From an uncultured Acidobacteriota bacterium (GTDB taxonomy: Bacteria > Acidobacteriota > JAQAZP01), in assembly GCA_963836075.1 (NCBI GenBank), contig CAWIIB010000009.1, positions 1,184,001 through 1,248,000 on the forward strand: a DNA stretch of 64,000 nt, given 5' to 3'. Below, one piece after another: positions 38,619 through 49,775 of this stretch. Numbering within the stretch: the stretch's first letter is position 1; the number at the start of each line of letters is the position of its first letter. The notes beneath the pieces were generated by a model. The model worked only from the letters and a program-made list of their open reading frames with translations. It had not been told where the DNA came from and did no database searches. A program made the translations under genes and the position numbers.

Positions 38619-40829
38619 TGGACGTATCCCAGGGCTTTCAACTCTTCGATGTGCCGGTCATCCACTTCATCTTCTTCGGTGACCAGGCTGGGGTAGCGTT
38701 CGGCCAGTGTTTTCTGCGCTTCGAGATGGCTGTCCAGCACCACCCGCATCTCGGCGGCGAGTTCCGGCAGCTGGTCCGCCAGGTTGATCTTCTCCAGGGG
38801 GTCGGTCTCCAGGTCGTAGAGCTCCTCCTCCCCGGTGCGTGGGATGCGGATATATTTGTTCCGGCCCAGACGGACCGACTTTTGCTCCTGGTAGTAGACC
38901 AGGCTCCCGGCAAAGGCCGGTCGGTCTCCGGTCTCCTCACCGCGGACCAGGGGCAGCAGGCTTTCCCCCTCCCAGAAGGATGGCGGTTCGATGCCGAGGA
39001 AATCGAGCACCGTGGGCGCCACATCGATCAGCCGCACCACGCTGGACTGCGTGTTTCCGGGCCACCGGGTAGCCCGGGGGCGGACGGACGATCAGCGGGA
39101 TGTGGAGCAGCTCGCCGTAGAGCGTGTGCCCGTGGTTCACATTGCCGTGCTCCCAGAACTCCTCGCCATGGTCCGAGGTGAGGATGACCATGGTATTGCC
39201 GTCCAGCCCCAGCCGCTCGAGGCTGTCCACCAGCCGGCCGATCTCATCGTCGGTGTAGCGGATCTCGAGGTTGTAGAGGTTCTCCAGCCGCCTCCGCTCC
39301 CCCGAGCCCATCATCCGCCCCTTGCGCAGGTCCACGGTGGGGCCCGAATCGTAACGGGAGAAGGCGCCGTGGCCGCGGGGCTGGGGCGCCTCGCGGAGAT
39401 ACCGGCCGCGGGCCACATACGGGTCGTGCGGGTCCACCAGGTGGATCCAGAGAAAGAAATTACCCTCCGCGTTTTGCTCCAGGTAGTCGATGGCCTTGTC
39501 CACCAGGTTCCGGGCCACCGACATGTCCTTCTTGGTGCTGAACGGGTTGGGGCCCAGGCGCAGGGCATTGGCGACGCGGCGCACGATCAGGCCCGGCCAC
39601 CACATGGGGCGGGTCTGTTTGGAGTAGGTGAACTGGTAGCTGTCGAACCCCTGGTGCAGATTGAAGGGGAAATTGAGCCAGCCGTTGGCCAGCACGGCCT
39701 TGGTGGTCATCCCTTCGCGAGAGATCGACTCGGCCAGGGTAACCATTTCGGGGGACAGGCGGCTGCCCTTGCCGTAGGTTCCGTGGGCCGTGGGGTGGAG
39801 CGAGGTGAGCATGGAGGCCACCGAGGGCAGGGTCCAGGGGGAGGGCGCCTCGGCTTTAGTGAACAGCACCCCGTCTTCGGCCAGCCGGTCGATGTTCGGG
39901 GTGGAGACCCGCCGCTGGTTCCCCGGATCCAGCCGGTCGCCGCGCAGGGTGTCCACCGAGACCAGAATGACGTTGCGGTCCTCGGTCCACTTGCCGGCCG
40001 TTGCCTCCCCGTTGGACTTCCACTGCGGTTCGCCGGCCCGCCACCCGGGCAGGCTGATCAGCGCGAAGAGCAGGATGGCGGCGATGTCGATCCAGCGTGC
40101 CAGCGGCCCGGCTTGCCGGCCGTCTTTCGTCGACGCGGCCAGCCGCCAGAAGAGCAGCAGCGCAGCCGCCGCGGCCAGGGCGAGGGTAAACCCGGTCAGA
40201 ACTCCCGGACGGCCCGCCTCCAGCAATCGCCGAACGTGTTTCAGTCCCAGGTAGTGGAAGAACGGACCCGCCAGGGCCAGTGCCAGGGCGGCGGCAGCCA
40301 GGCCCAGTCCGGTCAATTCGGCGGGTCGCCGCCCCCGGAAGCGGTGAATCAGCAGTCCCACGGCAATACCCAGCAGGAGGCAGACAAAGATCAGCCGCAG
40401 GCTGGTCTCCAGGCTGTCACCGTCCAGCAACCGGCGGAGCGGTGTGATGGTGTGGATGGAGAACCGGGCGTACAGGGTGAGGAAGAGCGCCGTGCAGGCG
40501 CCGGCCACCAGGGCCGTGAGGCCGGTGCGGGTTCGCTGCGGACCGGCCAGCCGGGCGTGAAGGATGTAGATCAGGGCGGCCAGGGGCACGCCGAGCAGTC
40601 CGCAGATCAACCCCTCGGCCAGGACCGTGGTGCCAAAGAGCCGCAGGACCTCTCGGAGGATGTCACCGGCGGCGATGTTCCCCCAGGTGGCCCTGACGTG
40701 TTTCAGGGTGGTAAAACCCTCCATCACCCCCACCACCATCCCCACCACCAGGCCGCAGCGCAGCCCCAGGCGCAGGACGGCCATCAGACGCGGGGCATCG
40801 TTGATTGCGGGGTCGGGTCTGCGGTCCAT
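38615..40829 (-). CDS. Membrane-anchored sulfatase-like (alkaline phosphatase superfamily) protein; frameshift near 39050
   Basis: N-terminal TM bundle, VDTLRGD, WTLPSVAS, DPHDPY, TSDHGEEF, HGH and a C-terminal LKALGY. Confidence 0.85.
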
Positions 40830-40998
40830 CACTCCTCCAAAGAAAATGATGATATATCCGCACCTTGACTGGTGCAAGCCGCTGATTGACGCCCGGCCGG
40901 GCATTTGCTACAACAGCTCACCGTGCACGTCCGGACGGCTGGGTGTTGTCGGATCAAGCTCGGAATGGCCTCCAGACTCATTTTCGGGGAACGGTTTC

Positions 40999-41913
40999 AT
41001 GCGCATGGTCAAGGGGATGGCGGGGCGGGTGTCTGAACTGCTGGAGGCCATCAGGGAGGGCTTCGACCGGCAGGGCTTTGTATACCGCCCCGGGTACCAG
41101 GCCTGGATGGGGCATCTGGAACAGAACGGTCCCGGCCCGCACCTGCTGGCCCTGGACCAGAACCGGATTGCAGCCGTTTTCTTTGTTCAGCGCGCCCACC
41201 GGATGGTCATCCCGCTCTTCCTCGATCAGGGCGCGGGGGGCGTGCGCGGGGCTCTTCGGGCCTGTTTCGGCCGGAGCCGCCGCTGGGTCAAGAGCGTGGT
41301 CCGGCCATCCTGGGACCTGCGGGTGGGGCATTCACTCCTCCCTCTCCTCGAGGAAGTCGGTTTCCAGCCCGGTCCTCCCCAACTGCTCTACCGGCTGCGG
41401 CGTTCCGACTACCGGGCCGGCTACGATCTTTGTCAGACGGTGGACGGCAGCCGCGTCGACTACCGGATGCACCAGGGGGACGTTGCCGGGATCCTGGCCA
41501 CCCTGACACCGCTCCTCCGGGCCTGGTCAGGCTTCTACGGGCTGGAGGGCCATTCGGAAAAGACCTGCCGGCTGTTCACCGCCTCTGTTGACGCCCAGAA
41601 GGCCGCGATGCTCTGGGTCCTGCTGCCCTCCCGCTGTGACCCGGATCAAAACGACTGCTACCTGCACTGGAAGGAGGAGGTCGGGACCAGCGGCATCTTC
41701 GTCCGTTCAGCCATTACCGAGGACCCCTTCCGGAGCAAGGGGATCGGCTCCTCCCTCCACCGCTTCATGCTCTCCCGCTTCTTCGAGGGCCCCGGGGCGG
41801 TGGACGCCTCCTGGATCTCCACCACCGAGGACAACGCGGCCGGTGTGGGCCTGCTGGAAAGCCTCGGCTATCGACGGCAGCTGGTCTGCCGGTATCGACA
41901 CTTCGTTCGATGA
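40999..41913 (+). CDS. GNAT-family acetyltransferase
   Basis: C-terminal FRSKGIGS and N.A...LESLGY acetyl-CoA-binding motifs. Confidence 0.7.
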   Translation: MRMVKGMAGRVSELLEAIREGFDRQGFVYRPGYQAWMGHLEQNGPGPHLLALDQNRIAAVFFVQRAHRMVIPLFLDQGAGGVRGALRACFGRSRRWVKSVVRPSWDLRVGHSLLPLLEEVGFQPGPPQLLYRLRRSDYRAGYDLCQTVDGSRVDYRMHQGDVAGILATLTPLLRAWSGFYGLEGHSEKTCRLFTASVDAQKAAMLWVLLPSRCDPDQNDCYLHWKEEVGTSGIFVRSAITEDPFRSKGIGSSLHRFMLSRFFEGPGAVDASWISTTEDNAAGVGLLESLGYRRQLVCRYRHFVR

Positions 41914-42078
41914 GCCGGTGGCTGCGCCACAGGCCGCGGCGGAGTCGAATTCTTGCCCGGGTCCCGGGCGTGTGGTAAAACGTGGACTATACTTGAGATG
42001 AATCTTACGGGTGGGTGGTCCATCAACAGGAATCAAAGGCGTCCGGGGCAGGCACAACCCGGGATAAGGAGGGATCGC

Positions 42079-42795
42079 ATGTTTCGGAGAATCAGCCGGC
42101 TGACTGTTCTGGGAGTGATGGTGGTTGCCCTTCTCGGATTCTCCGTCTCGTTGGCGCTGCAGGCCGACGAGGAGCAGACGGTGGCTGCCGTGCCGGCCCC
42201 GTCCGAGGATATGCCAATACCGATCCCGGCCAACCAGCGCACCTTCCCCCAGTTCGTCACCACCCGGGTGGACAACGCGGTCTTTGCCATTGGGTTCCAG
42301 GTCGCCCAGCTGCGGATGGGCGAAGGGTCCGAGTATCTGCCCCTGGTGGTGGGGATGCAGAACTTCAAGCACAGGATGTGGAGCATCAAGATGAAGGATT
42401 TCCAGCTCTACGACGAGACCGGCACGCTGATCGAACCGGTCTCGCTGCAGGAGATCCGCCGGGAGTACAAGCGTTATGCCAAGGACTACCAGTTCATGGT
42501 GCAGACCACCACGCTGAACCAGATCCTGCCCAACGCCGAGGGCGCCGGCGGTGTGCGGGGGGAGCGGCAGATCCAAACGGTGGATACCGGCCAGACCTTT
42601 TACCGCAGCACCTTTTTCTACCCCACGCCTGGTGGCACCGCGGTCTATTCGGCCACCCTCGATTTCAAAAACTTCTTCTTCGACCTGATCTACTACAAGG
42701 ACATCGCCGACAAGTGGCTGAAGATGTCAATCCCGGGGAAGAAGCGGCGCCCGCAGCTGGAGCTGGTGTTCAAGGTCAGCCAGGTGGGCCGGTAG
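42079..42795 (+). CDS. Secreted hypothetical protein
   Basis: AAGGAGG RBS, signal peptide (ALQA-DE), GC3-biased codons. Confidence 0.8.
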   Translation: MFRRISRLTVLGVMVVALLGFSVSLALQADEEQTVAAVPAPSEDMPIPIPANQRTFPQFVTTRVDNAVFAIGFQVAQLRMGEGSEYLPLVVGMQNFKHRMWSIKMKDFQLYDETGTLIEPVSLQEIRREYKRYAKDYQFMVQTTTLNQILPNAEGAGGVRGERQIQTVDTGQTFYRSTFFYPTPGGTAVYSATLDFKNFFFDLIYYKDIADKWLKMSIPGKKRRPQLELVFKVSQVGR

Positions 42796-42844
42796 CCGGG
42801 GCGAGCCGTCAGCGCCGGCGGCCTGGTCGGCTGGAGTTCCCGCT

Positions 42845-45034
42845 GTGACAGCCATCTCCGCCAGAACGTTCCGCACCATCACGATCTGTCTCTGCCTCCT
42901 GGCTGTCCTGGCCTGCCACGGGCCCGGTGAATCCCCCGGTTCACCAATCCTGCCCGTGGAATCGCTGAACAGACTGTACGGGCAGGTCTTTTCCGATGTG
43001 CCGCTGCTCTTCTACCCGGGCGGCGGCTGGGATGGCGCGCCGAGGAAGATGCGCTGGCGGATCAGCTCGCCGGCCACCATGATCTGCCGGGTGAACGGCC
43101 CCCTGGACACGCTCCACCTGACACTGGTCCAGGCGGACCGCTCCATTCACCAGGTCTGGGAACCGCTCTGGAACGGCCGGGCCGAACCGGCCGTCGGCAT
43201 CCGTTCAGAAAACGGCCTGCTCCGGGTCACGGTTCCGCCGGAGCTGCTGGTATCCGGTACGCACCGTCTGACCCTGAACCGGCCCGGCCCGCGGGCCCGG
43301 GATGACGGGGAGCCGCTGGAGCTGGAGAGGATCGAGTATGACTGCGGGTCGTTGTCCGGCGTGCTGCGGGCCGATCTGAGTCCCCGGCTGAAGCGGATCG
43401 CCAGGTTTCTCGACAGCGGTGTGTTCGACAGCGGCGAGGGGCGGGTACTCCAGGGAGGGTTCTTCTTTCAGGGGCCGCACCGGAGACAGGCCCGCCTCAG
43501 CGTTGCCGCGGCGGTGGAACTGCGCACGACTGTGGGCAACCGCTCCGCCGGTGAGGCGCGGTTTACCATCGGTGGCATCCCCGAGACCGCCACGGTCGCG
43601 GTTCCTCCCGGCAACGAGAAAACTCTGGCCCTCCAGCTTCCCCCCGGTGACCACCGGTTGACCTTCAGCGTGGAAGGTCCAGTACAGGGGGAATACTGGT
43701 GGGGGGCCCCGTTCCCCTGGCCCCGGCGACCTTCGGATCTGGCGCCGATCATCATCATCACCCTCGACACCACGCGGCGCGATGCGGTGAGCCCCTACGA
43801 GGGCTCGGGGGATGTCACCCCCGTGCTGCGGGCTTTTGCCGCGGAGGCCACCGTCTACACCCGGGCTTTTGCCGTCTCGCCCTGGACTTTGCCCTCCCAC
43901 GCCTCGATCTTCACCGGCCGCTACCCCTCGGAGCACGGCGCCGGGGTCCGTTGGGCCAGGCTGCAGCCCCGGACCGAAACCCTGGCCGAACTGCTCAGGG
44001 CCCGGGGCTACCTCACCGCCGGCTTTGCCGGTGGAGCGCTCTCCGCCGCCAGGTATGGGGTGGCCCAGGGCTTTACCCGGTACCGCGATCCCGACGGGTA
44101 CCAGACCCGCGCCCGGCCGCTGACCAAAGCGGTGGTCGAGTATCTGCACACCGCCGGAAACGCGCCGCTCTTTCTCTTTGTAAACTACTTCGACCCCCAC
44201 TTCCCCTACGTGGCGCCGAAGGAGTTCCGCCGCCAGTTCCAGCTGCCGTGGCACCAGGGGCAGGTGGCCGGGCTCCCCCACTGGCCGGAGATGATCGCCG
44301 GGGACACCGAGGCGTTCAGGCAGGTGCGCAACAGCGGCCGGCCGGTGCCGCAAGAGGCCCTGCGCTGCCTGCGGGCGGCCTACTGCTCCGAGGTGGCCTA
44401 CATGGACCAGCAACTGGGGCTGCTCTTCGACGAGCTCCGCCGGCAGGACCTCTACCACCGGGCGTTCATTGCCGTGCTGGCCGACCACGGCGAGTTTCTC
44501 GGTGAGCACGGCTTCTTCGATCACTCCTTCCGTCTGGACCCCGAACTGATCGAGATCCCCTGCCTGGTCAAGTGGCCCGGCCAGACCGAACCGCGGGTGG
44601 TGGACCTGCCGGTGTCCCAGGTGGATCTCTTTCCCACCATCCTCCAACTGGCCGGTGTGGAAGCCCGGCCCTCGTCCGGTGTGCCGCTGCGGCAGGACAA
44701 CACCCGGGCGCTTGCCGGACGCCCTTTCCTGCTGATGGAGGAGCACTCGCACCCCGAGGTCCACTTTCTCGGTCCCCGCTCGATCAAGCTGGCCGATCAC
44801 CTCTACGGCCTGGTCTCTCCCGGGGAGCGGCTCTGGGCCTGGGACGGGGGGCAGCGCTGCTCCAGCTGGGAGGGGGAACGCTGGGTCGACCAGCCCTGTT
44901 CGGGCTCCTGGCCGGAAACCCTGGCCGCGCTGCGCGAGCGTTTCGGGAACGGGGAGCAGGACGGTGATGTGCCGGCCGGACGCCTGGATGAGGATGAGCG
45001 GGACCGGCTGCGGCAGCTGGGCTACCTGGAGTGA
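42845..45034 (+). CDS. Sulfatase-like lipoprotein
   Basis: Lipobox LAVLAC, LDTTRRD, WTLPSHAS, DPHFPY, ADHGEF and LRQLGY motifs. Confidence 0.85.
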   Translation: MTAISARTFRTITICLCLLAVLACHGPGESPGSPILPVESLNRLYGQVFSDVPLLFYPGGGWDGAPRKMRWRISSPATMICRVNGPLDTLHLTLVQADRSIHQVWEPLWNGRAEPAVGIRSENGLLRVTVPPELLVSGTHRLTLNRPGPRARDDGEPLELERIEYDCGSLSGVLRADLSPRLKRIARFLDSGVFDSGEGRVLQGGFFFQGPHRRQARLSVAAAVELRTTVGNRSAGEARFTIGGIPETATVAVPPGNEKTLALQLPPGDHRLTFSVEGPVQGEYWWGAPFPWPRRPSDLAPIIIITLDTTRRDAVSPYEGSGDVTPVLRAFAAEATVYTRAFAVSPWTLPSHASIFTGRYPSEHGAGVRWARLQPRTETLAELLRARGYLTAGFAGGALSAARYGVAQGFTRYRDPDGYQTRARPLTKAVVEYLHTAGNAPLFLFVNYFDPHFPYVAPKEFRRQFQLPWHQGQVAGLPHWPEMIAGDTEAFRQVRNSGRPVPQEALRCLRAAYCSEVAYMDQQLGLLFDELRRQDLYHRAFIAVLADHGEFLGEHGFFDHSFRLDPELIEIPCLVKWPGQTEPRVVDLPVSQVDLFPTILQLAGVEARPSSGVPLRQDNTRALAGRPFLLMEEHSHPEVHFLGPRSIKLADHLYGLVSPGERLWAWDGGQRCSSWEGERWVDQPCSGSWPETLAALRERFGNGEQDGDVPAGRLDEDERDRLRQLGYLE

Positions 45035-45112
45035 ACCTGGCCCGGCCCGGAGTCACTCCTTGCGCGGGCAGGTGAACCGCCTGGCGCCGCTGACCAGGGG
45101 TGGCTGTCCTGC

Positions 45113-46630
45113 TCAGGCGATGAAGAGGTCCTTGGTGGCGAAACTGGGATCGCTGGTCAGGTTGACCCCCAGGCGCCGCAGCCCGGCTTCGTCCCCCGGG
45201 GTGGGGATGTGGGTGATGTGCACCTCGCAGCCCTTCAGTTCGCTCAGCTTCTCCATGGCCAGCTGGGCCGCCGGGTTGGTGGTGGCGCTGATGCTCAGGG
45301 CGATCAGCGCCTCCACCACGTCGAGGCTCAGCGACTTCTCCTTGAGCACGTCGGTCTTCAGGCTCCCCACCGCCTTGATGATATTCGGCGGCAGCAGCTT
45401 GATCTTCTGGGGAATGTCGGCCAGGTGCTTGATGGCGTGGAGCACCAGGCTGGAAGCGGCATGGAGCAGCGGCGAGTTGTTGCCGGTGATGATCGTGCCG
45501 TCGGCCAGGGCCATGGCCGCCCCGCAGTAGACCCCCTTGTTCCCCTTGTCCGCGCCCTCGGCCTGCTCGGCTGCCTCGCGCGCCGGCAGCACCACTGCCC
45601 GCGACTCCGGCTTGAGTTCGAAGCGCTTGAAGAGCAGTTCGGCCCGCTGCACGGTCTCCGGGCTTTCGAAGCCCATGGCGTATTCGCAGCGGTAGCGGAA
45701 GTAGCGGCGGATCAGCTCCTGCTTGGCCGCTTCCTGGGCTGCTTCGTCGTTGATGATGGCAAAGCCGGCCCGGTTGACCCCCATGTCGGTGGGTGACTGG
45801 TAGAACGATTTCTCGCCGGTGATCTTCTCGATAATGCTCTTCAGCACCGGGAAGACTTCAACGTCGCGGTTGTAGTTGATCGACTTCTCGTCGTAGGCTT
45901 CGAGGTGGTGCGGATCGATGAGGTTGAAGTCGGCCATGTCGGCGGTGGCCGACTCGTAGGCCACGTTCACCGGGTGTTTCAGCGGCAGGTTCCAGATGGG
46001 GAAGGTCTCGAACTTGGCGTAGCCCGACGTCTGGCCGGCTCTGTAGTCGTGGTAGAGCTGGGTCAGACAGGTGGCCAGTTTGCCGCTGCCCGGCCCCGGG
46101 CCGGTGACCACCACCAGGGGCTTTTCGGTCTTGATCCGTTCGTTGGCCCCGTATCCCTCGTCGCTGACGATGGTCTCCACGTCGGTGGGGTAGCCCTTGG
46201 TGAAACGGTGGGTGTAGACCTTGATGCCCCGCCGTTCCAGCTTGTTCTTGAAGACCAGCGCCGCCGGCTGGTCTTCGAAGCGGGTGATCACCACGCCGAG
46301 CACGTCGATTCCCCAGCCCCGCAGGTCGTCGATCAGCTTCAGCGCGTCGGCATCATAGGTGATGCCGAAATCTGCGCGGATCTTCTTGCGCTCGATGGCG
46401 CCGGCGTAGATGCAGAGCAGCAGGTCGGCCTTGTCCTTCAGCTGCTGCAGCAGACGCATCTTCACGTTGGGGTCGTAGCCGGGGAGCACTCTGGCCGCGT
46501 GGTAGTCCCAGAGCAGCTTGCCGCCGAACTCGAGGTAGAGCTTGTTGTCGAAACGCTCCACCCGCTCCATGATTTCCGCGGTCTGCTCTCTCAGATACTT
46601 TTCGTTGTCAAAGGCGATTTCCGGCTTCAT
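45113..46630 (-). CDS. DUF1846 family protein
   Basis: [49 protein letters not shown] and NYNRDVE motifs. Confidence 0.9.
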   Translation of the reverse strand: MKPEIAFDNEKYLREQTAEIMERVERFDNKLYLEFGGKLLWDYHAARVLPGYDPNVKMRLLQQLKDKADLLLCIYAGAIERKKIRADFGITYDADALKLIDDLRGWGIDVLGVVITRFEDQPAALVFKNKLERRGIKVYTHRFTKGYPTDVETIVSDEGYGANERIKTEKPLVVVTGPGPGSGKLATCLTQLYHDYRAGQTSGYAKFETFPIWNLPLKHPVNVAYESATADMADFNLIDPHHLEAYDEKSINYNRDVEVFPVLKSIIEKITGEKSFYQSPTDMGVNRAGFAIINDEAAQEAAKQELIRRYFRYRCEYAMGFESPETVQRAELLFKRFELKPESRAVVLPAREAAEQAEGADKGNKGVYCGAAMALADGTIITGNNSPLLHAASSLVLHAIKHLADIPQKIKLLPPNIIKAVGSLKTDVLKEKSLSLDVVEALIALSISATTNPAAQLAMEKLSELKGCEVHITHIPTPGDEAGLRRLGVNLTSDPSFATKDLFIA

Positions 46631-46959
46631 CGTTACCCCTTGTCCGTGAATCGGATAGTAAAACCTTGCAGGCACAGCAGAACGTCACTGCCCGGGAATC
46701 AGGTGAACCACGGGGCCACCGCGCATCTGTGTGTGTGGTGAACAGCGCGGCCGGGTCTGGCTGCACCGGTCAATACAGGATAATGAATCGCCGGGCCGTG
46801 ATCAAGTCCGGTGGCGGTTATCGGAAAACGGGTGCCGGCCCACCGCTTTCTTCGGAGAAACCTTCCGATTCAACACTTTCATTGTTGTTTCGAATTGGTG
46901 TAAGCTAAATCAAAAACAAGAACCAGATTACCCCCACGGAATAAGGGAGCCTCGGTCCT

Positions 46960-47982
46960 GTGACAATGGCGTTTGCGCCTCGGACCCTGTTTCGTATGCT
47001 GTGGCCGATGCTGCTCTGCTTCGGTCTGGCGGCGGTGTCTGCCCAGTGGTCCTCCTGTCTCGGCCAGGGGGATGAGGGGGCGCCCACCGAAACCGGGGCG
47101 AACAGCGGCCAGGCTGACCAGGAGTTCGTGATGAACATCGAGGTCAACCTGCTCAACCTCTTCGTCACGGTGGTGGACCAGAAGGGCCGGGTGGTGCGCG
47201 GCCTGGAGAAGGAGGATTTCTATCTCTGGGAAGGTGGGGAGAGGCGTGAAATCAGCAACTTCTCCGCTGACGCGGACGCGCCGCTGAGCATCGCGGTGAT
47301 GCTCGACGTCAGCGGGAGCATGGGGTTGATGCAGAAGCTGAGCAACAGCCGGATGGCCGTGAGGCAGCTGGAGGACAGCCTGCACGATCCCGACCAGGTG
47401 GCCCTGTTCACCTTTGCCGGGACCAGCGTGGCCCCGGTGCTCCCCTTCACCACGGACCGCCATCTGCTGGTGGAGCAACTGGAGGCGATGAAGCCCTACG
47501 GCAAGACCGCTCTCTACCGCGCCATCGAGGAGGTGCCGGAAATGCTGGGTATGCCCGATCACCGCTCGGCCATCCTCCTGCTCACCGACGGCATCGACAA
47601 CTGCTCGCAGCAGCCGCTGGAGGATGTGCTGAACAGTCTGGCCCGGCGGCGGATTCCCATTTACACCATCTGTTTCATCCGGGAGTTTTTTCCCGGCCAG
47701 ACGCCGGAGGAATATGTCCGGATCCCGGTACTGCAGGATATTGCCGGCCGGTCGGGAGGGGCCTATATGGATGTACGCAGCCCTGCTGAACTGCACCAGG
47801 GGCTAAAAGGGATTCTCGCCGAGCTCCGCCATCAGTACCTGCTGGGATTCCGTGCCGGCGGGCAGCCTGACCCGGCGGAACGGCTGGATATCAGGTTGCT
47901 GACGTCGAACAGCAGGCACATCGTCAGGGTGGGCCGAGGTTTTTACGCAGATCGCTCAACAATAGTGGAAGTTGACAATTGA
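46960..47982 (+). CDS. VWA domain protein (acidobacterial VWFA-related type)
   Basis: V.V.D..G..V.GL.KEDF N-terminus, MIDAS DVSGS, T.LY, LLTDG.D and ELRHQYLLG. Confidence 0.85.
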   Translation: MTMAFAPRTLFRMLWPMLLCFGLAAVSAQWSSCLGQGDEGAPTETGANSGQADQEFVMNIEVNLLNLFVTVVDQKGRVVRGLEKEDFYLWEGGERREISNFSADADAPLSIAVMLDVSGSMGLMQKLSNSRMAVRQLEDSLHDPDQVALFTFAGTSVAPVLPFTTDRHLLVEQLEAMKPYGKTALYRAIEEVPEMLGMPDHRSAILLLTDGIDNCSQQPLEDVLNSLARRRIPIYTICFIREFFPGQTPEEYVRIPVLQDIAGRSGGAYMDVRSPAELHQGLKGILAELRHQYLLGFRAGGQPDPAERLDIRLLTSNSRHIVRVGRGFYADRSTIVEVDN

Positions 47983-48005
47983 CTGTACCTGGGAGGGACC
48001 AATCG

Positions 48006-48629
48006 ATGAACAGAATGCTGACAGCCGGCCTGTTGATGCTGCTGCTGGTTCTGGGGGCCGGCGGCTGTGCCTCGAAGAAGCAGGTGGCCCAGAGTTTTGC
48101 CGAAGTGGAGCGGAGCATCGCGGACCTGGAGAACTCCATCGAGGATAACCAGACGCGCATTGCCACCAGCGAACAGGTGATTCGCGATCACAACGGCCGG
48201 ATCGTTGAAGTGTCTGAGGAGACCAAGGCTGCGCTGGCCCGGATCGAAGAGGTGGAGGAGTCCACCATGGGCAAACTCCTCTACCAGGTGGTGCTGAACA
48301 ACGATGCGGTGAAATTCGACTTCGACAATGCCGAACTCCAGCCCGAGGGGCAGGCCGCGCTCAAAGCGCTGGTCGACCGGCTGGTCATCGAGAACCGCAA
48401 CGTCTTCATCGAGATTCAGGGGCACACCGACTCCATGGGAAGCGAGGAGTACAACTACCTGCTGGGTCTCAAGCGGGCGGAGTCGGTGCGGCGCTATCTC
48501 TCGCTGCAGGGTGTGCCGCTGCACCGCATGTCGGTGATCTCGTACGGTAAAAGCGACCCGGTGGCCGACAACAGCACCGCCGAGGGCCGGCGGACCAACC
48601 GCCGGGTGGTGCTGCTGGTGCTGGAGTAA
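48006..48629 (+). CDS. OmpA-family peptidoglycan-binding lipoprotein
   Basis: Lipobox AGGC, coiled coil, GHTD..G..YN..LG.KRA and NRRV motifs. Confidence 0.95.
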   Translation: MNRMLTAGLLMLLLVLGAGGCASKKQVAQSFAEVERSIADLENSIEDNQTRIATSEQVIRDHNGRIVEVSEETKAALARIEEVEESTMGKLLYQVVLNNDAVKFDFDNAELQPEGQAALKALVDRLVIENRNVFIEIQGHTDSMGSEEYNYLLGLKRAESVRRYLSLQGVPLHRMSVISYGKSDPVADNSTAEGRRTNRRVVLLVLE

Positions 48630-48769
48630 CCAATACTGTCATTGCGAGCCCCCAACCCGTGGGGGCCACGGGAGACCAGCGATAGGAACCTTCCCAGATG
48701 TGACTGTCACCTCTTCCTCTTGGGATGTTCCGGAAGAGGAGCAGGCGCAGCCGGCGACGTGGCAATCTC

Positions 48770-49775
48770 CTAGTACCTTCCCGCCGCCACGTTGACCCCG
48801 TGGGTCAGGCCGATGTCGCCGTAGGCGTCGAGGTCGAAGAGCAGCGAGGTCTGTGACCCGTCGTAGCTGTAGACCTGGACCACGGTGCCCGCCGCCGGAT
48901 CCGGCCCCTGTCCGGTGATGATCTCGTCCCGTCCGTCGCTGTCCAGGTCGACCCCGGACATGACGGTGGCGCCGAAAAGGCTCTCTTCCACCGGCCAGGC
49001 AAAGAAGTTGATCCCCGGGATATCGGTCACGGTGCCGCCGTCGTAGTTCCAGCCGCGGACGTGGGCGCCGAAGACGCCGGACGGCCCGGGCCCGGTGACG
49101 ATCTCGTCCACCCCGTCACCGTCCACATCGCCGCAGGAGACCCGCACCCCCTTCTTGAAGGTGCCGTAGGCAAAGTAGCTCACCGCGGGGATGGCCGTCG
49201 CCGTCCCGTTGTCCACGTTCCAGCCCCTGACATGCGGGCCGTAGATGTTGCCCGGTCCCGGTCCGGTGACGATCTCGTCAAATCCGTCGCCGTCGATGTC
49301 GCCGGCGGCCACGTTGGCTCCCCACTTGGGCGTGCCGTAGGCGAAGAAGTTGACCCCGCTCATCGGCTCCAGGGCGGTGCCGGTGTTGGTGAAGGCCCGG
49401 ACGTGGGGGCCGAAGACCGCACCCGGCCCGGCGCCGGTGATGATCTCGTCCCGGCCGCTGCCGGTAAGGTCGCCGCAGACCACGTTGACCCCGTATTTGT
49501 TGGTGCCGTAGGCGAGGAAGTTGATTTCGGAGATGGCTGACCCGTACGGGGTGAAGCCGCGGACGTGGGGTCCGTAGATCTCACCCGGGCCGGCGCCGGT
49601 GATGATCGAGTCGCCGCCGTCACCGTTGATGTCGCCGGTGGCCACGTTGACCCCGAAGGAACTGGCCCCGTATGCCGAAAACTGGGCGGTGCGGACTCCA
49701 TCCTGCTCGGGCACGAAGACGCGGCCCCGCGGCGGGTTGCTCTCCGCCGGGCCGGGGCCGGTGACCAGGAACGGG
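48770..49775 (-). repeat. C-terminal module B, copy 2 (coding)
   Basis: Very similar at DNA level to 50975..51980. Confidence 0.9.

Noticed and set aside
46960-48629. VWA-OmpA pair as the machinery for modules A/B
   Set aside because: Common gene types, convergent with the module B genes. Only proximity supports a link.
48770-48800. Terminal GVNVAAG-RY/RF as an outer-membrane beta-signal
   Set aside because: Better explained as the strand that closes the propeller. The third copy ends in SN, which is not aromatic.
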